A DNA stretch of 64,000 nt from a virus. The translations under genes and the position numbers were made by a program. The notes below the pieces were generated by a model, which was not told where the DNA came from, searched no databases, and saw only the letters and a program-made list of their open reading frames with translations. Location of the stretch: positions 1 to 64,000 of IMG/VR virus record IMGVR_UViG_3300035199_001057; one strand, written 5' to 3'. Position 1 is the first letter of the stretch; the number at the start of each line of letters is the position of its first letter. Shown piece by piece: positions 18,966 through 29,100 of this stretch.

Positions 18966-20107
18966 TAGCACACATCCTCCGCATCAACTGGCGGTAAGTT
19001 ATATGGATTGCCTTGTTGTTGGTCCACAATGGCCAAGTCGTCGCACTCAAAGACATCCGTAGTGTAAATATTTTTCGTTTTAAGTTTTCGTTTATTATTA
19101 ATATTATAGCATGCCAGACCGCGGTCTATTTCGGTGTCGACCTGAACGTCAAACACGCTCTCCACGGCGTCGGTTGCCAGGTTCTCGCCCATTATTAGCC
19201 CGGAGGGTCCATAAAACACCATCTTCTGGATTCCTTGTAAGTCGTCGGTTTCGGTTATTTCGTAAACTTCTAAGAGAAAGTTCTCATTCTCGAAATCTAC
19301 ATTACCTTCTTCTAGAGAGATAAAAAGATAGTCTTTCTCGACCACAATGGAGCCCGTGGGCAACCCCAACTCGAAAATAAGCTCCTCATAGGCAGCCATA
19401 TGCTCAAAAATGGCGCCGTCTTGGCCCGTGTAGCCGGGGGCATAGATGTCGATATCAGGAGCGTCAGGTGCTAATGTTATTTCGGATATTTTGGCCAGCG
19501 ACGGCTCCGTTTCAAAAATGTTCTCTTCGGGTGGCACCTTGTAGACCGTATCCTTCAGCGTGGAGTCTAATTGGGGGATAGGAGCGACCACGCCGTTCTT
19601 CTGATAACTTTTAGACGTACCCGATAAAATTCCATTATAATAAAGCACATTCCAGTTGGGGGCTTTGTTATTGAAATATCGCTTGGTGCCAAGAAAATTG
19701 GCCAGTAGCTTTTCGGATTCGGCAAAGTCCTCATCAATCTTTAGCTTCCCAGACTTGTATTCAGCTAGCTCCTGAATATCCTGTAAATCTTCTCCAAGAT
19801 TAAACAGGTCCTTTAAATTTTTATCCAGAGCGTATGCGGCTAAATCTCCCGTATTGAAGACGGTACGATCAGCGCCTACTTTTGAATTAATAGTTTCTAA
19901 GCGAGGGGTTTGCTCTTGGATTCTTTGCTCCACAAGCCACTGACTTTCAGCCACGGTGCTTCCGGATATCCAGCGCGTGTCGTACATAACACCGTCGTCT
20001 GAAAATGTATAGTAAACTGGTTCAAACTCTCCAATGGAAAGCAGTTGGCGGCCGAAGCGAGTTAGCTTTAAATTTATTACGTCTTGTTTTTTATCAAAAA
20101 ATTCCAT
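18965..20107 (-). CDS. Virion structural protein with N-terminus related to 10592..11593
   Basis: MEFFDKKQDVINLKLTRFGRQLLS..YYTFSDDGVMYD aligns with LTDAGRKRLA..YAFGDDEIDY. Confidence 0.55.
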   Translation of the reverse strand: MEFFDKKQDVINLKLTRFGRQLLSIGEFEPVYYTFSDDGVMYDTRWISGSTVAESQWLVEQRIQEQTPRLETINSKVGADRTVFNTGDLAAYALDKNLKDLFNLGEDLQDIQELAEYKSGKLKIDEDFAESEKLLANFLGTKRYFNNKAPNWNVLYYNGILSGTSKSYQKNGVVAPIPQLDSTLKDTVYKVPPEENIFETEPSLAKISEITLAPDAPDIDIYAPGYTGQDGAIFEHMAAYEELIFELGLPTGSIVVEKDYLFISLEEGNVDFENENFLLEVYEITETDDLQGIQKMVFYGPSGLIMGENLATDAVESVFDVQVDTEIDRGLACYNINNKRKLKTKNIYTTDVFECDDLAIVDQQQGNPYNLPPVDAEDVC

Positions 20108-20109
20108 CG

Positions 20110-23100
20110 TTAGTCGCCTTCATCCGAACCTAAATCTGCTAAATTGCCAATAATTTTAGACACCATAGTCGCCTTTTTAACCTCATCCGAATCGAGGATT
20201 TGTGCCATCAGTCCCGCCGGGTTGAGAGTCTGGGGGTTAAACGTCACGGTGGAAGTAATCTTCGCTAGCTCCACCAAAGAGAAGAAGTCATGAGGCCAGT
20301 TATAAGAATACGCAAAATCATGGGGGAATTCTACCCCCTCTCTGAGAAATTGTATTCCGTTGATCTCTTGACGGCCGGCGATGTTCGCATAATTGTTTCG
20401 GCCTCGCTTTTTAACTTTAAAAACGGCCCATCTTGTCTTGTCCTCATCAAAAACATCTAAGAAATAAGGGTGTGGACCGAAGTAGGCGTCCAGGTCGTCC
20501 TTTTTGTCCTGAGCGTCCTTCAAGGCGTCAAGATCGAGCCATCCACCGGTACCGGGATTCGGGCCAAGTGGACTGGGTACGTGAGCCTGTCCTGGGGTCG
20601 TTGGAAGCACGTGTGTAATTACATCGCTTGTTGCTTTTATCGCTCTTTTGGCAATCTTAGGAGCGGTGTTTTGCCACATATTTCGGAGATCTTCTTCGTC
20701 CAGACTGGTCTCAAATTCCCACATGTACATAGTAAAAGGGTCAATATCGCTATTGTGTAAAAAGTCTAAATGAGGCGGAATAACATATTTTCGCATGAGG
20801 GATAGTAGCTTGTAAATCGCAGGATCCACTCCTTCGGGCGCCTCCGGGGGGATCTCTCGCCAGTAGTCCTTAATAAGATCAGTATATTCATATTCTGAGA
20901 AGGAGGGCGACTGAAAGACGACTTTATCTTTAAAAATTGGGCCGGTGGTGGCGGAGGAATATTTAGAGTCGGGGCCGGCATTTCCGAATGGCTCAACGCT
21001 ATTTTTTGCAGCGTCAACGGCGGAAGGGCTCATCCTGTAAAGCTCTGTCTCGGTTATAGCCGCATTTAAATCCCCCACCACTTTGAAGGGGATCGCCACA
21101 ATGGCTTCCGACAGCGTTCGCGACTTTGGCATTACACCTATCTTCTTGGGGTTCTGTACTCCTTTGGTGAAACCCAAGATAAATGATAGAGATTTGTACT
21201 CGTTGGCGTTGTTAAAATGTGGGGATCCTTCTGGGCGCTCGGTTTGCAACCAGTGCGAGGGGTCCTGGACCTCCATCCATAGGCCATTGCCTGATACCGG
21301 TGGGGTACCCATCTGATGCCACATTCCGCGGGCGACGCTTCCGCTAAGTCCAGCGGCCGATCCTAGGCGTGAATTGCTAAAAGGCTCTGTTGGGGCCGTT
21401 GTTGAGAAATCCAACACCGGGCACTCAAACTTGGAGTGTATCACAAGGCGCCTATCCGCAGGATTGTTTTCGTTCGTAAAGATCCAATTTCCGCCTTCGG
21501 AGCCGGCATCCTTCGGCGCTTGGCCAAAGTTCAAAGACGCGGAAACTTGCATCGCGTTGGTCTGCGCCGTTCCATCCCACAGAGTAGTTTGCGATGAACT
21601 CAGAGGGGTGAACGTGGGGAGCGAACTGTAAGACATTGTGAGATTATTTAAAACATCTTCTATTAAAAGACCACTTTGCGCTTCCAGGCCGATACTCATG
21701 CGGCAAGACGCGTATCCATCGTAATAAGGCGGGGTATAGGGCTCAAAGCTGGCGATGTTCCGATAAACGTAAGCTCCGGCGCCGCTGGACGCTTCAAAGA
21801 TGACGTACCCACTCCGAACGGGAGGACCAAAAGATGAACCATATAAATGAGAATCAATCGAATGGCCTGTGTTCGCGCGACTATACATTATGAAACTAGA
21901 GGAGTTCACAAACAGGCTTGAAGCAGACGGAGCGAGCAGCGACGCGGTGGCTTCGCAGTAACTCTTCATGTCGACAATATTAGTCGAGTTACGCAAGACA
22001 ATGTCCATAACATACACCCCAGAAACCGGAATATTAACCGTTTCTGGGAGGGTGTAGGCCGGATAAATGCCCGTGGGGCGTCCCGAGTCAATAAAAAAGT
22101 TGGTGACCTCCGAAAAAAAGTTATTTGCCGCAAACTTATAAAGAGGAGATTGCGCCTGCTTGATAGAGGCTGTAGAGTTCAGCCGCGTATCTAAAAACGG
22201 GTCTGTGTCCTTGATCGTAAGCGTCGCCGGGCCATTGACAATTTGCTCGAAGTTAACTCGTTGAGTAAAGGATCCGCTAATAGAATGACCCCACACATCC
22301 GAACTTGCTGGCCAGCCGCGTAGGGGCTCGATAGCAGAAGGAGAGTGAATAGGGTAGTCCACTGCTATTCCTGATTTTATGGTATTATAAAAGATGCCCG
22401 GTGCGTAGAACGGCTGCATTGCTGTCCGCCAACTCTGCTGGCCCCCCGCCATTGGGCCTGCGGCTCCTGTGGAACTGAGAGCTTTGGAGTTATAATATGA
22501 AGCTGAAAACAAGGACGCCAGTTGAACACTTCTTTGCGCCGGATAAAAGCCGTCATAGGGCACAAGCTTCATCAGAGCTTCACACCCTAGACTTAATAGC
22601 GGGGTCCGACTGCGAGCTTTCTTTTCTACCAGCTGTTCCACCGTTTGGGTCACCGGCCGGTTATCGTTATAATCCTTTTTAATCAATTTAAAATGCCGAT
22701 AGAAATCAGAAAACGCATAACGATTCAAGAATTTATCTGTCTCCGTTAAGTGGTTATACGATGCCCCCGTCAATTCAAGAAGTCCATCCTGAATGCGCAG
22801 AGCGTATTGGGCTGCGCTGACGGTGGCTGTATCGGTTTTAAAGTTGTCTTTTGTTGGAAAAGTCAAGACCCAGTTCTTATCAGCCGCGGCGCTATAGTAG
22901 CTTGCCATCTTCTCCGAAATTCTAAACTCCGGAAGAATGGTGCCTTCCTGCATTATGCGCGTTCCCTCTTCCGCATAATCATTATATGAATCATAAAAAG
23001 GAGTAATATCTTTACCCGTGCTGCTCGTAACTTCCCACAAAGTATCACCTACTGAGGCGCTATAGCGAACGGGAAGAGGCATTTTACGTAACCCATAGTT

Positions 23101-26100
23101 GCCAACATCGAAAGGCGAGTAAGTTGTTGCGGCGCCTCCTACGGTCTTTAAACGAATTTCTTCCGAGGCTCCAGAGAAGGCCACCGCGTTCGTATAACCG
23201 GGGAGAAGGCCGTAAGTAAGATTGCTGGCCGTAAGAGCGTACGCCGTGATCAGAGGGATCCTGCGCACATAACTTGGCGCTGCGGTGATGTGCGACGAAG
23301 GAGAAGAAAGGGGTGAATAGTGAAAAAGGTTATAACAATTTTGTAACTCTCCGGTGCCGTCGCGCACTGGCATGGTGGCGGAAAATGGAATGTAATTAAT
23401 CGTAGTTGTGAACTCCGGGTGTGCGTCCATGTTCCACAAGCTTGATGATTTAATGGCAACATCCGCAAAATTCACTAAATTCGCCTTCAAGCGGTCACTA
23501 CGCGAGTTGCGCCAATAATCATTAGCGAAGCGCAGCCGTCGGCGGGATTCCGACAGATAAGTAAATTGCTCTTTAGGGTAAATCACCTCGGTATAGAGAA
23601 CTTCCGTGGCAAGTTTTCTGTTAGATTTTTCTACAAGCGCTTTCATAGCGAGATAGGGCGAATAAGTTTTCGGTCGCACCTTTCCGTAAACCAGGGCTGT
23701 GTCAAGAATAACCCCGTTAGTGTTTAGTATGTCGGCGCTATGATCGGTAAACATCACGTTTTGATTGCCATAAGTCATTACAGTCTTGGCTACGTGGTCT
23801 TCGGTGTCAGATGATGGCATATATATGCGCAAAGGCTTATATTTACTAGTGGCAATTGGCTCCGTGAAGTTGCGAATCTTTTTAAGAAATTTCCCCGGCT
23901 GGCCGCCCCCGAAGCCAATCGCTTCTCCAGGGAAAATATAACCAATAGTGTTGTGAGCTTGCTGGGCACGGGCAATTGGGTGTTGTGCGCCTCGAATCTG
24001 TTTCCAAGAGGGCCAACCGTATGGGCCTTGGCGGTGGAGGATAACACCGTTAAGCAAGGAGGCTACCGAAAATTGAACGTTGGCGGCGACTGCGCCGACG
24101 CCATTCGTGCACAAAGATTGTCCCATGTAATTATACCATGCTGAACTTGCGCAATCCAGGCCCATTCCGCCAGTGTCGCCGCGGCGTATCTCTCCCCAGC
24201 CGATGCTATTCTGCGAAAGAGATGCTGTTTCGTAAATATTATAATTCAAACCTACGAAGTCCGTAAAGCCTTGGGCCGATGGCGCAAATCCTCCTGGGGC
24301 ACGTGTGTTTTTATCCTGCCCCCACCAGTGACCCCCAAGAAAATCATAAGAAACAAAGTCACTAGCGCTACAAAATGTAATATCCGTAGAGGCATAGTCC
24401 GCTCTCGCCATATTCCTTTGCTCGTATTGGTATAAAGCCGAACCGCTATAATCGCTTACCAGGCTTGCGGTTATCCACGCATACTGTAAATCTGTACGCG
24501 GAATAGGATGTTGTACAAAGAAATTATCGTATTCCTTGGCGCCCGGAGTGATAAGGTAATAAGCCCCGCCGGTAAGATAGTTTAAAGAAGATTCCGCTGG
24601 GTTGTGGGGGGCCAATGGCACACTAAGATGGTTTTTGTTTCCGTTTAATCCCACATCCAGTACACCGTCGGTGACGCCGGCGCTTAAATCGTCACAGAAA
24701 GTAGGATCTGACTCTTTGCAGCCGTCTCCCAGTCGCCACCATGAGACTAAATATTCCTTTTCAGTGTGATTATTAAGATTGCCCGGGCCGTAGCCTGCCC
24801 CGTATACCCCGGAATCACCTTCAAAAATCTCTCTAATTCCCGCGGCATTTAAAGCGATGTTCCAATAGCTTACTTCGTCGATACCTCCATCGAAGTAATC
24901 GTCCAGAGTGCCCCCTTCGTCGCGGGCGCCCAAGAGCAATGGTGCCGTTGATTGCTTGATGGTTACCGTATCGTGAATTACAAGGGTGCGCGAACCTGTA
25001 ACACCATTGACATAGGTATTGAATTTTTGCGTCGCCTCGTCAAAAGTAAAAGCCAAATGAGTCCACGTGTCTACCGCCAAAGTAGAAGCCGGAGTGTTAT
25101 AAGAAATATATCCGCCTCCGCCGCCTAAATCTGCCCCGCCGTTGCTAAAAACAGCAAAGTTTACAATCGATTGGTTTGTGGCAGAACAGTTAACTTCAAA
25201 ACTTTTATTTAGCGCTGAGGTGTAGTCGCCTTGCGACGCAATTGACATTACAGGGCCTGTGCCCGTATCTAAGGATTCTGGCTTTACCCAGGCAGAAAAG
25301 GTAAAAGCTTTTGCGTTTCCTATGATTGTAGGGCTAGCTGCGCCCGAAAGATACTGCGCGCTCCCGCTTTCGAAATCCACATATTTTGGGTTGACAAAAG
25401 TTTCCGTTGAGTCAGATAAATTCAATGTTCTCAAGGAGTTGCGATTAACCTTTTGAAAAGAAGCTGTGGCGTCTTGGTAAGCCCCTTTGGCATAATACGA
25501 TCCTGTGTTCACAGAACCGCTTGTGCCTGGATATGCTTTTCCTGCGCGCACGTAACTCGCCGAATTGAACGCATCGCTAAAGTAACCGAATTGTTTGCTG
25601 TGATCAGATAGGAGACTCCGCAGTGGTTGGCGTACCGTTAGATTTCGCCATGGCAGTGCGTTATAAACTGAATACTCGTTCGCCTCAATATCTAAGAAGC
25701 CCAAACCGTTAACTTCGGGGCCGCCGGGAGCCGAAAAGCGATTAACAATAACCCAATCATTTCGGGTGCGATCCGGAAGGGCGTAGTCGAAGACCCCTGA
25801 AATAAGGGTTTCAGCTGAAGAAGCCGTGATAGCACCTACTTCGGTGAGATAGACATTATTAGTAGAGCGTCCATTTGTTAAGACAACTTCATAATCTTTG
25901 GTATAGTTTCCAATATGGGTGATATTAGAGGCTGTCGTTTGTTGGATGTTTCTAATGTTTACGGGACGTTTCGCGGTTTCATCTCGATAGTACAGCGCTG
26001 TGGGCCTAGAACCTAAAGTGTTCCCGTATGGCGCGCCCAAATAAAGAAGCGTCGTACCCGGGCCGGTGTGGAGATATGTAATTGACCACCCTTCTGGGCG

Positions 26101-29100
26101 CGTCTCCGCGGTATCTAGATTTGAACCAGAATTCAAAGCGATGTGGCGGTACTGAAGGCCTCCCACAAATTTTTCGGTGAAGGGCCCCTGCATGGGCACT
26201 TCTTTGTCATGACCGTAAACGTCGTCGTGAAGATTTGTAACAATGGCGCCAGTCTGAAAATTATTAATCAGCGTAGAATCCACACCGCCTAGATCAACCG
26301 ACGAGCTATATAGACTAAAAGGTGTCCACTGGCGAATCTTTACCTTGTCTTCATAACCCCATATACTAAAATCGAGACCCGTCTGGTTATCTCGCTCGAT
26401 CATTCCTTCCCATTGTCGTTTTTTTGCGCCCAGCTTCTCTAGCTCTAAACTATCGGCACAGTCGGGGAAAGGGTGAAGGCCCGCGGGCAAATTCGCATAA
26501 GGTACGGCATTCTCATAACCCCGAATAGAGGCGACGATACCGTCGGAGTCTGTATCTCCTTTACGTACAGCATCCAAAAGGAAGTTATAATTCTTATTGG
26601 GATAATAGTTGCTACCACCTTTAATCGGTTTCTCTAGAGTCGACAAAACCTTATAAGGCTTCGCCAAGCGACGGATCGCGTAGGTAGATCCCGAATATTG
26701 CGCGCTCGTGACGCTATCTTTAAGGGTGTAATCGGGGGCGTTCGTTTCATTGTTATTGGATTCTAAAATTTCTTGCTTATCGATATCCAATTGGGTATCC
26801 CCAGACGCCAAGACCGAAGTCTTTCTTGAGGCGCGCTGGAGCCACCAGCGGCAATTATTTTTCTGGAGATCATCTAAGGGGGCATGACCATACTTCCAAT
26901 TGTAAGTAAGCTCATTGATTCCAAGCACTTGCGCGTTAAATTCCGGGATCATTTCTCTTATAATTGGCGGTTTGTTCCGGAATTTGTTCCGGTCGCCCAA
27001 GACAAAGTTCTCTATAACCGTAGAGAGCCCCTCCCGCAACATATCTAAGGACGCGGGGACCAGCTTCTGGATATATCGGCTAACTGCGTAATCGATATAT
27101 TTGAAGTATTCTACATACTTATCGAAATCATAGTCGTTATCAACCTTTTCAAAGTATTGGTTTCCGGCTTTTATCAACTCTTTGTATTGGCCGCGATATC
27201 GATTGACGTTGGTGCCCAAGAGCGTGTTAAAATAACCTACCGAAGCAAACATGTTAAGCATGTCTTCCGAAATATCTTGAAATAAGTTCTTTTCAATCGA
27301 CAAGTTATATGTGATGGGTCGACTCCCGCGCGTATAAAAATCATCTGACTGGTTTTCGATTATATTAACCAAATTAGAGTCTAACAACACCTCCGGGACT
27401 TGTTGTTGAAGTGTTCCGCGTTCAAGTTTTTGTACAGCGTTGGCTGAGGAGGTGGCAAAAAAGCTACCGGATGCCGTGTGGCGTCGGTCGACCACTCCGC
27501 TAAACCAGCCTTGGCCTGCGGCTGCGGCGCTTCCCGAAGAGGCATCCTCCACGGCAAACTGGCCGACGGCATTGGAAGAAGATACCGCATTAAAGTTCCA
27601 GCGAAGGGCTAATGTATCTATCTCCGGAATTTCTATCCTATTGATAGCATTTTGATATAAAAAGGCATTTTGGGTGGGAGAACTCGCACCGTAATTGTCC
27701 ACCTTCATATTATGCTGGTCGATAACCGCAGTGTCTAGTGGCATATACCAGGCTTTGACCTCCGTGGCTTTAGTGTCGGCAAATTGTAATAGCGCGCCCG
27801 TAAAGTTGGTCCGATGAGCGCCGGCATATACGCGCTTGTGGCTGGCCAGGAAATTTCTTCCTTGCTGGGTTGTCATGGACCCGGTCACCAAAAAGCTCTT
27901 ATGCTTTAGATCCCCAATGTAATTGCATCCATAAAACTGGACTATGTAATTCTCGGGGCGTGAGCCAGAGGGCTGATTAAGTTGAGGGTATCTCTTGGGT
28001 CTGATACTAACAGAAACGGACCATCGATCATCGTCGTAAATATCTTCAAAATAGGAGGAAGTGAGAAGCGGTATGCCGCTGCCCGCAGTGGATGTGAGTA
28101 TAAATTTGGCATTGCTAGAGTACTTGTCATCCTTCGCCGTATAAACTTGGAAGTTCGCATAATCATTTGTATCCCATGTTAGGTCGTTTTCTGTACCATT
28201 AGCGGTGTGTAAACCGAACAAAGAGGAAGATACGATGAGAGGGTAAAGATTGCTATAAGAGCTGCTTAAGCCGGGCTTAAGTGTCGCATACTCCATGATC
28301 CCGACGCGGTTGGGGAGAATGAAGTCCCCTTCGAGCGTAAAGCCCAAACCTGAACCTTCGTAGCCACCGCTATAGTCCTTTGTTCCTGAAATATACGACG
28401 TTGCGTTACTGTCGGTTCGGTACTGATAAACGCTAGCGTCTCCGTTATCAATCTCGTTAAAGTTAACATAGCTTTTTGTTTTTATGGTCTGCTTCGTATT
28501 GTCTTCCAGTTGGTAGGCGGTATTGTTGGCGTATACGTTGAACTTTAAAACATTATCGCCAAGGCCAAAGCATCTCAAAAGGTTGCGAAATGCTTTTTCG
28601 GTACCTTTTGACTTATTGATATACGTTAAGTTGTTGTAAATGTTCTGATAAATGGTGTTCTTAATTTCTTGGAGGGTGTGCTCGTATTTAAGATGATCAT
28701 CGCGATCCTCAAATTGGTTCAACAGGCCAGCATTGATAAAGATGTCCGGAACAATGAAGCCCTTGGACTCTAGAAACCTCTTATTAAAGGGCGGAGCGAA
28801 CGATCCAGAGGTATAGTATTTCTCATGTTTTAGGGCCGGCAGCTTGTCCATCAGAATAGCGGCTGAGTCAAAATAACTACCGATGATCTGAAGGGCGTTG
28901 AGTAGCTGATTTTGGTCTAAATTCTCAAAATCCGTTTCATTGGCTTGGAGCATCCATTGGGGTAAATATGAATCCAGCCCGTTGCCATTGGTGTCATCGT
29001 GAATGCGTCCCTCAAGCTTCTTTTGGGTCTTAAACGCCGCCACATTGGGTTGGAATGAATAGATGATCGGGTCCTCAAATTCCATGGGGCTAGCCGATGA

